Assembly (NCBI GenBank): GCA_001179505.1
Contig: CDMY01000153.1
Span: forward strand, 117,393 to 181,392
Reading direction: 5' to 3'
Length of the DNA stretch: 64,000 nucleotides
Origin: Vitrella brassicaformis CCMP3155
Lineage: Eukaryota > Protista > Chromerida
Shown here: positions 39,110-50,717 of the stretch, piece by piece
Position numbering within the stretch: position 1 is the stretch's first letter
Layout of the letters: each line of letters starts with the position of its first letter
Notes under the pieces: generated by a model
What the model was told of the DNA's origin: nothing
Databases searched by the model: none
The model's input: only the letters and a program-made list of their open reading frames with translations
Position numbers and translations under genes: made by a program

Positions 39110-41320
39110 CAACGGGGTGGGTGATGGGACTTGCTGACCGTAGTAAGTAGATCATGTATGTATGTGTCGATGAGTGAGTGAGTGAGTGCGAGGGAGACGA
39201 GACTTCTTGGCATCCGTGCATATACTCAGTCCCATCAGGGCCATGTGTGCATCCACGTCCACGCCCACTCGTCCCCATCCATCCATCCATCCATCCATGT
39301 GAGAGCCACGCAAAGCAAACCATCCCATACGCACAAACACACACACACACACACGACGCACGCGAGGCTTGACCACGATTTCGACAACACCAGCTCGCAG
39401 ACACAAACGGACTTCCGCAAAAGTGTGGGGGCAAGCAAATCGTCCGAGGTATGAAAAAGGGAGCAGAACGCACACTGTCGTCCCCACAGGGACCAACCAC
39501 ATGCACAAAGGACGCCGGGTCAGCACCCGAGAGCCGACCGATGTGTTCCCCTCCCCACTCAGGCTGCCATCCCGTCCGTGCGTCCAGTCGGTCATCGTCC
39601 CCGGCTGTCGTGTCACGTACAAACAGCTCCATCACACGTCTCGTCAGTGAGTGCAGCGACTGGCGCATGCCTGGCATGCTCCTGGCTCCCTTGTTCGCAA
39701 CTGAATCAATCGACATTGCTCCTTTCCGTGGTCACTCCAGCCAAGGTGGCGTCAAACTTGTGCAGAAGTGCAGTTCAACACTCCTGCCCACAAGTGTGAC
39801 GCCGCTGTGGACGGAGAAACCCCGGAAGAGAGCGATAGTCGACCATTTGCGTACTATGTACACCTCTCTCTCTGTCTCTCTCATTGAACCCTCAAGTCAC
39901 TCGTGCGTCGTACTGTATGCATGTGCGAAGTTGTCCCTCCCAAAAATGCCAGTCAAGAGACGATGCAGTCAGTCAGTCAGTCATGTACTGCACTAGCGTT
40001 AGAATGAACGCCGACACACGGCACACGACATGCGTGCAGCAACCAAATCAAGCACGACCACGGACCGTTCAGTCAGTCAGGTAGTCAGGTAAGCCACGAA
40101 GCCACACACACACAGAGACGTACAGGCAGCCAGTAGGTGTCGTGTCGTGTCGTGTTGTCTGTCAGGTTGCTACTTGTGTGTGGATGGGATGGATGTGTAG
40201 CTCATGTGCCGTCACGCACATGTGCAGAAACAAGTACCGGCTACCTCGCTTTCATTGCTGCAGGGCAGGGTGCGTATGTCCGTTGGTCGGTCGGTCGGCA
40301 TTTAAGTCCCTCCCTCGTTTGTTCGCTCATCCATCCATCCATCGCACACAGAGACACGCACGCACGCGCACACGCGGCGCCTTTCCTGCCTGCCTGCCTG
40401 CCCTCCCTCTCCTGTCCTCTTTTATGTGCCAGTAGGCTTCCACGCTTGCCTTTATTCAATTGTCCAAACCACACCACACCGCCCACCCCGACCGTCCCCC
40501 AAAAGTTCCCTGCCTCCCACACTCCGACATGACTACGATCAGACTTACAAGGCTGGATTGATACGCACAGAAGCCACACGTGAAGGGCAGGAGGGATCAG
40601 CCGTTAGCCGCCTCCCACCTGCTGCCTGGCCGCACGTCGGCCGCACACAGGAAAACAGTCAGCCAGTCAGAGGAAGTAAGTAGTTAGACAGTGCAGTGAA
40701 TGGGTAATGAGTGTGTGTGTGAGTGGTGTGCAGCCAGCGTGTAGATGTGATACATGTGATCGATACATGTGGGTCAGCATTCGGTTGAACAAGCCGTATC
40801 ACCAGGAAGGATGGCATGCCATTCGTCCACCCACCCACACATCCATCCCATATATCCCCACGCACGCACGCACAGGTGCTGATTTAAAACACTGACTGCA
40901 TCCCGAGCAACCGAAGCACCCGCCACACCAAACAGGACAGACTCACCCACCCACTCGGGCGCACTACACTCATTCTCTCACCCAATCAGTCGGTCAGTCA
41001 GTCCATCCGTCCACGCGCAAAAAGCCCGTCGTCCATCCCATCCAGCAACCACATTTACTTACTCACATTCCCTCTGCAGGCCCCCCATAACTGCACTCAC
41101 TTGTTTGCCCCGATATGAGTACGTGTGTGTCTATCCATCCCCGTATCATATCATGCCCGGCCCGGCCCGGCACCGAAAAAATAGATAGACAGTCAAGCCA
41201 GTCAGTCAGTCAGTGAGATGAGTGGGAGTGGTGCAGCGTAGCGGAGTGTGTGAATGAACGCCATACTTACGTACGTACGTACAGCGGGTGAGCGTGTAGG
41301 TGTGCTTCCCATTCGTTTGC
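39110..41320. repeat. SSR-rich spacer between convergent RIO2 and AOX
   Basis: (CA)n, (GTGA)n, (CCAT)n, (GTCA)n and (GCCT)n arrays; no credible ORF. Confidence 0.75.
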
Positions 41321-41324
41321 TCGT

Positions 41325-43314
41325 TCAGTATCCGGGTGGGAAGGGGTTGGGGTCGTTGCGGCGCATCGAAGCAAACGTGTGGTTGACCTCACGGTGGTGC
41401 GCTGATCAACCATACCACACACACACACACACACAGGTGTGTCGGCCGGATCTCTCGTGTGTGTGGATAGGATAGGTAGTTGTCTATATCGTACGTATCT
41501 CCCTACCCTCGTCAGCTCTGACGGCAAGGATGACGTCCTTGAGTGTGGCGTTCTCCTCGAGCTGCCAGTAGTGTCGGGCCACAGGGGGGGCCGGGATGTC
41601 AAACCCCGGCAGCTTGCCCGCATTCATCTCCTCCTACATGAGTGAATGAATGACCACACAACCACACACAGGACAGCGCTGGTGCGTGTGTGAGTCCTCC
41701 TTGCCCGTCTCACTAACTGATTGACTGACAGACTGACAGACTGAGTGGCTTACCAGCATCTTGGTGTAGGTCTTGACGGCCTCCTCCTCCAGATACCCCA
41801 CGAACCTGACTCACAGACATACAAGAGCTCTCCTGTGTTCTTGCCCCGCCCACCGCTGTCTCACGCACTCCTTCACTGACTGACCTGTGGCAGAATTTGG
41901 GGCTGATGAGGTATGAGATGGAGAAGAAGGTGAGGAACACGCCCTGGGCCACCAACACGGAGCCGCGGAAGAACGCATTCGGCTGCTTCAGCACCAACGC
42001 CGTCATCAGATGCATGCGCTCGTTCTCAGCCTCTGTGTGAGGTCAACACACACATGCCGCACAAGATCGATCAATGAACGGGTGGACGGGTCACCCACTT
42101 GACCTACTGACTGACCCTCAAGTAGCGTGTGAATCCAGCCGTAGTCGCGCTCCATGCGGCGGAGCGACTGGAGGTGACGGCACATGGCTCCAACCATACC
42201 TGATGCATGTCAGTCAGGTCGACAGACACGCACTTATTTAACTCACCCCATCAAATCGCCCGTCCGTCCGTCCGTCCGTCCGTCCGTCTGGTGGTGGTGT
42301 GGTTTGTGGCGTGTGCAGCCCGACAGACATACCTGGGACGCCGGCGACGGTCTCGAGGAAGGTCATGCGGTCAATCCAGCCCGCCTCCTTGAAACCAGGC
42401 TGAAAGTCATTATATATATGCAGGACACACACACAATACGAAGCACAGGTTTTATACGCAGGATGGATCCTCTGCACTGCCTGCCTCCCTCCCTCCCTCC
42501 GTACCTTGCCATATCCGGTGGTGACGTCCCAGAGGGCCCGCAGGCTCTGAACGCAGAAATAGGCCGCACGATCCGCAAACACCTCGGGCTTCACGTGGGT
42601 GATCCTGAACCAAGGAGGGGAGGGAGGCAATGGACGGACGGATGAATCAATGACAAACGTACACACGAGCGGCCAGTGAAGCAGTGTGCTATGGATGGAT
42701 GTGCTGGCGGATTGCGATCGTGTGTGTGTGTGTGTGTGTGCGACTGACTTGACGGTGCTGGTGGCCTCTTCGCCCCAGACGGGATGGGGCAGCCAGGAGT
42801 GGTAGGGCAGAATCTTGGCCTGCTTCTCCAGAGGGTGGTGCCCGCCGTGGGTGCGGAAATGAGTCCTTCAGGCACACAACAAAACCAGAGACCCACACGC
42901 ACAAGACATACACACAGCACATATAATCACTGCCATGCAGTGAAGGTCAGGCAGGGCCCTCAGGGGGAGACCGTCCCGTCTTACACATCGGGCTCAGCAG
43001 AGGCAATCTTCTTGGCCTTCTCGTCCTTGATACTGATGAACGGAATCTCGCCCTTCGGCAGCTCGTCCTTCATCTGGCTCGTCTGACCACGCCATACCAC
43101 ATACACAACACAAGACCGTCGTTCAGGTGCCCGCTGTGCCGTCTATTGCCTTCTCCGTCGCTCTCACCTCTCCAGCAGCCGTGGTGGACATGTGGCGGCT
43201 GTCGGGCTTGCCCGTTGTCGAGAAGGGCCGCACATACTTGCTGGCGACAAACACAGCGGCTGCCTGGGGCCGCAGGACAGATGTGAAGCGACGACTGGCG
43301 ACAGCGAGGGCCAT
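41325..43314 (-). CDS. AOX: Mitochondrial alternative oxidase (ubiquinol oxidase)
   Basis: Arg/Ser/Ala-rich presequence [17 protein letters not shown]. All diiron motifs present: LETVAGVPG|MVG, LLE|[28 protein letters not shown]|AHHREVNH. Ends ...NPFPPGY*. Confidence 0.97.
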
Positions 43315-43693
43315 GATCGTGGCTGCTTAAACTCGAAGGCCACACACACAGGCGTCAGCTGCTTATTGTCCCAGGGATTTTTTGTTGTGCGGAGGAGAGG
43401 GCAGGCGACACCTGGTCTGGCCACGTGTGTGGCCTAGAGCAGTAGTTACACCGTGTAACTTACTGAGTCTTCAGCTGAGAAGCAGACTTCCCAAGAACAT
43501 CGGCTCAATGACATTCGATTGTCAGACTCCACTTGTATGACAAACGAGTTTGCTATTTCCCTGACTGACCTGACGCTTATTTGTCGGTAGGCATGATCAG
43601 ACTACTTACAGAGAATGAGACTGTATGTATGGATGTGTGGCTGTCGTCTGTTTCCTCTCCTTGGCTTCAGGCATTTGCCAGCTAGAGCGCTGA

Positions 43694-46313
43694 ATGGACA
43701 CGTTATCAGCTGGGTCGCTCTCAGGCAACTCGTCCTCCCCACCGCTCTTCCCCTCCACAGAGCCCCTGTTCGCAGGGCTGGACGACCACACGCTGCCGCC
43801 TCCCCCGCCACCCCCATTCGCCGACGACGGCAACAACTTCTCGCCGCTCTTCCCGCGACACCCGAGCGACTCGATTATTGGCGGTCTGCAGCCCTTCTCT
43901 CTCGACCGGTCGAATGGCGGCAGCCCGCCCAACATGAGGGGAGCGGCGATGGATGACGACGGGAGTGTGCTGCCGATGATGGCCGACGTGGAGGGCGACA
44001 GGCGGGCGGCGGGGAGGCATGCGTCCGCTCCGGTGATGGGGGAACTTTCGGAGCAGGCCAGGAGGGATGAAGAGGCCGCCTTCTGGGAAATGAGGAAGCG
44101 GATGTTTGAGGCGTCAACAAACGGCGGCAGCCAGCCCCCCCACCCGTCCCATCGCAAGGAGATGGGGCTGGTGCACCGCCCCCGTTTCCTCTCTATGGAC
44201 AGCCGCACGTCGCCACTACCCACCGTAAGGGAGTCAGTAGTGGCCGAGGCGAGCCCTTCACCATCACCACCCTTCCAGCAGGAGACTGCAGCAGGGTCCT
44301 CAGAGGGTGCACTGGATGCAATGCGTCGGCAGCTGAGTGACCTGCAGAGTCAGTTGCGTGACGTGCAGCTGCGGATGGGTGGAGGCGGGGGAGGGGAGAC
44401 CGACGCCATCGAGAAGCAGCTGCTGACGCTGGAACAGGCGCTCAATGTGTCCAGGCAGGCCCTGCCATGTAAGTAAGCTAAGCCGACTGACTGACTGACT
44501 GAGTCAATGAGTGAGTGACCGGGAGGGACATGCCAGCCGTTGGTTGAATGGGCTGTGCTTTGGTGTGGTGTGTTGGGCTGGCTGCGTTGTGGTGTGCAGC
44601 TTCTGCTGACCTGGAAAGCCTTCACTCGATCACTGCTTCCATGTTCCAAGAAGGGGTGAGCACACACACAAGCGCACACGCACACACACACGCACACTTC
44701 TCCATTCCTGCCTCTCATCCATCTCTCTCTTGTTTCCTTCCTTCAGATTGTGCGGCAGCAGAAGCGCCACTTCTCACTTCCGTGGGGTTCGCAGATCGGT
44801 GGCCAGAAGGGCATTCTGTTAAACCGGGGCCCCGGGATCGACTCCGCGCCACCGCTTCCGGCACCATTCATGTCCTCCGAGCCCTCTGGCTACCCAGGGG
44901 AAGGGACGGAGGGGGGCGAGCCATCGCAGCCGGGGGCGCACAAGCGATCGTCTGCGGCGGGCAACGAGGTGAGTGTGCGCAGGGCTCTCTGTCGCGTGTT
45001 GGGTTCCTGGATTGGAAGCGAATGTGTCTGTCTGTTGTGTCGTTTGTGCAGGGGCCTCCGCTTAAGCGTGTGTGCGAGGGGGAGGAGCCTGGCCCGTCGA
45101 GCGCCTCTCCCGGGGACATGGACGACGACCAGCCGCGATCCTCTGAGCCGTCCGATGAATCAGCGGCAGCCCAGGGCCGCAGGAGGAATGTCCGCCGCCC
45201 GTCCATCAAGAAGGGCATGCCGGCCACGGGTGGCGCTGCCGCCACCGACAGCCGCCCATTCTTATCGGTGCCAGTGGCCACACGACGGTCCAAGCGATGG
45301 GGCAGCAGCTCTGAGGAGCAGCTCAAGCAGGAGGCGGCGCAGAGGGGGCTGTTGGTACCGGAGGGAGCAGCAGCTGGGGGAGAGGCGACAGGGGGGGAGG
45401 GGACAGCTGAAGGCATGCTGCCATGCCAGCTGTATGCCCGGAGTCGCGGTGTTCGGCACTCCCAGGATCCGCAGCTGCCGTGTCAGTGCCAGCTGTGCGC
45501 TCGGTGGCGGCGGGCTGTGCAAGAAGAGGCCGATCGGCAGCTGAGCGTCATCAAAAGTGACCTCAACGCCAAGACAAAGACACTACAGTAAGCCAAGCCA
45601 CACACAACACAGAGGTGGACGGGGTCTGGTCCAGCTGCCGTCACTTGATGCTTGCTTGTCTGCTGCTGCTGTCCCTTCCTTTCAGAGAGCTTCAATCTCA
45701 GCTTGGCGCCGACATGGCTCGGACGCAGCGGCTGATGTCGGTCATCAAGACACTGCGCATGTTCACCCTCCCGGCCTACGCGTCTCGGGCCGACCAGCTG
45801 CTGGCTGTGGTGATGCCGCCCGCCCTCACGCCCATCCCCGAGTCGGCAGAGATGCCGCCGCCAGCAGCAGCGCAGATAGTACCACCCCACCCACCGACAG
45901 GGGCCCCACCATTCCCCCCTCCCCCTGGCGGCCCCTGTCCCCCCTTCACCCCGCCACCGCCCTCGGTAGTGCAATTTCCGGGAGGCAGTGTCGTCCCTGG
46001 CCGGGCGGCATCGGCATTCATCCCCCCACCGGGCCCTGCGGTGAGTCCAGCCACCGCACCTGTGTTGTCAGGGGCGTTCCAGATGCCGCCAGCTCAGCGG
46101 CCGCCGCCGAGCAGCCATAGCCATGTGGGGGGCCCGCTGGGCGTGGCCAGACCCCTGCACCCGCTGCTGTCCAAGGCGCTCCCATTTCTGGCTGGTGAGG
46201 CGCCCAGTGGTGAGGGGAATGGGGTCGGCATACGGTCGGGGAGACGGCACACGTCACTGCCACCGGGTACACTGGGAGGTGGCGCTGAGGGACGAGAGGG
46301 GATGAGTGAGTGA
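43694..46313 (+). CDS. Hypothetical protein: coiled coils, Cys/His cluster, Pro-rich tail
   Basis: Long SSR-free exons (43694-44470, ~44747-44968, ~45052-45588, ~45688-46313) with heptads MRRQLSDLQSQLRDVQL and QLSVIKSDLNAKTKTLQ|ELQSQL. No family recognised. Confidence 0.6.
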
Positions 46314-46616
46314 CAGTCAGTCATTGAGTGGACGGACGGCTGGTTTGGTTTGTTGCACACCATATGTACCGATGTATGCCAGCCAGCCAGCGAGCCAGCC
46401 AGCGGGGCAGACGACAGGATGGGAGTCCGTCAGTTTAGTGGTTGATGTGATGGGTGCCGGGACGAGAGGGTGCATGGCATGGCATGAAGACGTACGTACA
46501 TAACTGTGTGAGCCAGGGTTTTCTCGCCTACCTACAGCTATCCATCTATTTATCGGCCCACTTTTCTTGCCTCCTCTTTGCAGTCAGTCAGCGATTATTG
46601 CTCCTTGACCGGGTCG

Positions 46617-46916
46617 NNNNNNNNNNNNNNNNNNNNNNNNNNNNNNNNNNNNNNNNNNNNNNNNNNNNNNNNNNNNNNNNNNNNNNNNNNNNNNNNNNNN
46701 NNNNNNNNNNNNNNNNNNNNNNNNNNNNNNNNNNNNNNNNNNNNNNNNNNNNNNNNNNNNNNNNNNNNNNNNNNNNNNNNNNNNNNNNNNNNNNNNNNNN
46801 NNNNNNNNNNNNNNNNNNNNNNNNNNNNNNNNNNNNNNNNNNNNNNNNNNNNNNNNNNNNNNNNNNNNNNNNNNNNNNNNNNNNNNNNNNNNNNNNNNNN
46901 NNNNNNNNNNNNNNNN
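46617..46916. other. Assembly gap (300 N)
   Basis: Run of 300 n characters. Confidence 1.
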
Positions 46917-47722
46917 GAGGTCTGTCTATCTGTGGGTGATTGACTGACGCGATGTGCCTTCCTGCCTGGCCCGCTCGGTGATGGGTGTGTGTTGGTTGGT
47001 TCGAGCAGGCTGGCTGGCCCACAATCGTCGTCAGTTATTTTTGGGCCTATCTATGATCAGCTGTCTATGACACTGCAGTGAGGAGAGAGAGAGGAGAGTG
47101 CCTCCTTTCCCTCTTGCAATCCAAGATTGACAAGTAGGAGGGGGCGGGGAGGGAGGGAGGGACGGAGGCCAGGTGGGTGGGTGGGAGATCAACGTGACAT
47201 GGACACGCCAGCCTGCCCATACGTCCGTCTCGACCTGGCCACCCATCCATCGATCTGTTCGTTGGCCCTGACGTGACGTGTAGATGAATGAATTGATGAC
47301 AGACAGGTGGTTGGCTCTGCTGGTCTGTCCGTCCCCGCGTGTGTGTGTGTGCGTGTGCGTGTCGGACTGTGTGTGTCGATGAAAGAGGACAGGGGGCGGG
47401 GACAGTACACACAATGGCCTGCCTGGCCTGTTGTCGGTCGGTTTTGCTGCGTACGTACGTGAGCAACTCACACATACATACCTACATACCATGACATACA
47501 TGGTGGTGGATTGTATGCATGATAAGTCAGATGGATGGATGGGACAGACACAGCGACACATAGTGCGTGGTAAAGCCTTCAGTCGTGGAGTGGTTGAGTC
47601 GTACGACAAGAGCGCACAAAGTAGAGTCGCTCACTCTGTACTGACCCTACACAGCACAGCACAGCTTGTCTCGCCCACATCCATCCATCCTCTCGCCCGT
47701 TCTCACTCAGTCAGTCCCTCAC

Positions 47723-50350
47723 TCATGTGTGTATGTGTGGCACTCGGCCCTCTCTCCTGGTCCGCTGCTTGACCGCCAGCCGCTGCCGCTCATCTGCGGT
47801 GCGATCCCAACTGCGCCGCACCGACCTATCACTCACACAATACATTAATACCCAACACCAAAGGTCAAAACAGACGTACAGCGCCTTCTGGTGCGTCCGT
47901 CCGTCGCGCGCACTCACCGTGGGTTGACCCATCCCGGTGATGTGGATGAGCTCTCGTCCGCCTCGGCCGCTGGTGCAGTGTCTGGTGGTGCATGCCGTCT
48001 GGCTGCTGCATCGGTGAGCCGCTGCAGGCCTTGGCACAACAAGTAGTCCGCTGCTGCATCCTACAGACACAGATTGATTAACAGATAAGCCCCACAAGTG
48101 AATGAGTGGAATCTGACGCATCTCTCGTTGATCCTCCCTCGCTCACCCACCTCACCTGGTGTCTGCCCATCCGATAGAAAGCGATGGCCCGCAGCGTCAG
48201 CAGCGGGGCCCTGCTGACAGAGTCAGGAGAATCCTCATCATCGTCTGGGAGGCGCCCAGCGGCCCTCACGTCGAGCATGAGGGCTCTCGTGCTGTCAGAC
48301 AACGCCTGCGGCCACTGCTCGAGCAGCGCATGCACCCTTGCTCGAAGTCCAAGGGCCGTCGCCAGCAGAGACGCATCACGCAGACGGACGGCGCTGACCA
48401 CACAAGATGAAAGCCGCTGATCGACACGCACACAGGCAGACAGGACAGGCGGCAGACAGACATACACACAGTTTTCCACCATTGATTGACGTACGTGTGG
48501 GGTCGCTGGATGAGTGAGTCAGTCACCTGGATGAGGTCGGCACCTATCATCTCGAGAGGCACACCACCCCCCTGCAGGTCTTTCCTGCTCCAGCCGGGCA
48601 CCGTGAGCACCGCATCCGGTGACTGCAGGTGCTTGTCCTCGGGCAGGATCCACTCGCTGGTGCGGGGATGGATCTTGTCGGTTGGGTGCAGCAACACCTC
48701 CAGAGCTGATGACGACAGGCGAGGGGCCGACCTGCACAGATATATCAGATGACACAAGCAATGCCTTCAATGCAACGCATACCGTTAGTGCTGTGTTAGT
48801 GCCTGAGTGCGTGTGTGGGTCGCTTTGTTCCGTCACTCACCTTCTGAAATCCTTTGCTCCAGCAACCTCGACCATGGGCGAGCCGGAGCGATCTGCACGC
48901 TCTGTCGCCTCGACATAGTCCCTCCGGTTGCGGGATGGGCCGTCTGATGGCGATAAATGGGGGGTCGACTCTTCTGGCAGGTCTGTTGGGGTGGTCATTG
49001 GTTGCTGTGACGCGATGAGGCTCTCGAGAGCCGCGCGCATCTCTTCCGCCTCCTGACATCAGACAGACAGACAGACAGACGCAAAATGACTGACATGCAC
49101 TTTGCAGATTAGATTGCACCTGCGGAGCCTGTATCGGGTGGGTGTGCTCCAAGGCGCGGCACGCTGCGGCGATGCCGCAGATGGCCACCTCCAGCAGGAA
49201 ACGTCGCTCGCCATCACGTTGCTGTCTAGCCATATCTCCGTCCATCGCGAGAGTCTGCAGAATGGCACTTGAGTCCTCAACAGCCCCCCACATGTCACCT
49301 GAAACACAGCAGCGCCATACGCCGTGCTGCCTATTCGCCCCATCCGCCCCCGCCCCCCTCTCTGTCACGCACCTGTTTTGTATCTGCATGTCATGCGCAT
49401 GGCCAGGTCCTCGCGACGGAGCCGCCCCGCAGCACTCAACGACGGCAATGCAATCAGGCGGTCCAGGAGGACAATCGCCTGTTGATGTTGATTCAGACGG
49501 CTGTGGGCTGTCGCTGCACAGAAGAGAACATCGGGGCTGTCGTGCTGGAGGTCGAGAGCACGACGAGCATGCTCAAGGGCCTCTTGTGAGGACAGACAGA
49601 GGGAGGGAGGGAGGGAGGGAAATCGCTGTTGCACTGCACCACGAGTGAGGCCTACGTGCAGAGTGCTGTTGCCATCAGTGTGGCCATCACCAGGACCAGC
49701 ACTCCTTCCCCGTGTTTGTGAAGGTTTCCTGCCTCCCCTCACCTCGAACTCCTCGCAGAGAGCGAGGCTGCACAGCCTGTAGACCGCCGAAGCGAGAGAC
49801 CAATTCATGCTTCCTTCCTTCCTTCACGCCTGCCTGTCTGCCTGTCTGCCTGTCTGCCTCTCGGCGCATGCAGCGTACCTTTGATAGGCTCGTGTCTTCT
49901 TGGTTGCATCACATGACGTTGTGTCGAGCGCCTTCTCGAAGGCACCCTGCGGAGAGCGACACACAACTACAATTGATGATCATTGGCCGGCGATGATGGC
50001 GGTGGCCGACTCACCCGCGCTCCACGGTAGTCATCAGCGGCCAAGAGGCAGTCTCCCTGACCCACAAAGTCATCGCAGCTATCAAACACTGCGCACAGAC
50101 AGACGGACAGACAGACAGACAAGACTGACAGTGCCTCAGACAAGAGTGGATCTCCGCTTTTCTCACCGGCGAAGGCTCCATCCAGGTCCCCTTTCCGCAT
50201 CATGGCCACCGCAGCCCCACTTCCCCCCTGGGCATCATCGTTGCTCGCTGCACTGCTGCTGCTGCTGCTGGTGCGATGAATGGCTCGAGGTCTGAATGGC
50301 GGAGGCAGGGGGCGCGGGAGGGGCACGAGAGCTGGCGGGAGCCGCCGCAT
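47723..50350 (-). CDS. TPR-repeat protein
   Basis: TPR-like exons: DFVGQGDCLLAADDYRGAR|GAFEKAL; EALEHARRALDLQHDSPDVLFCAATAHSRLNQHQQAIVLLDRLI; LGLRARVHALLEQWPQALSDSTRAL; LLTLRAIAFYRMGRHQ|DAAADY. Start uncertain. Confidence 0.7.
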
Positions 50351-50640
50351 TTTGCCAAAAACAAGCGAGAGATCCGCCAGGAAGAAACAGGAGCAAAAAT
50401 ACGTGTCCCGGGCTTCAGCGACATGAGCATGTGATGCCACTAAGGGCGTCATGAAACTTGCTAATCGAGTGTCCGTGTCTGTGTGTTGGACGTCACACAT
50501 ACGTAACACGCACATGTCTTACATGCAAGCTTCTATATCGACCAAGGCCAAGCTTAGACATCCGTCACAGCACCCGGTGCTTGTCGCACAATCGTCATCA
50601 GCTAATCTTCGCTAGCTCCTCGCTAAGAGCACGTGTGCGC

Positions 50641-50679
50641 TTAGGTCATCTTCTCCTCTCTTCTGGCCTGACGCACACA

Positions 50680-50717
<38 letters not shown>

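Noticed and set aside
46454-47022. ORFs spanning the N run
   Set aside because: Artefacts of the assembly gap (poly-X).
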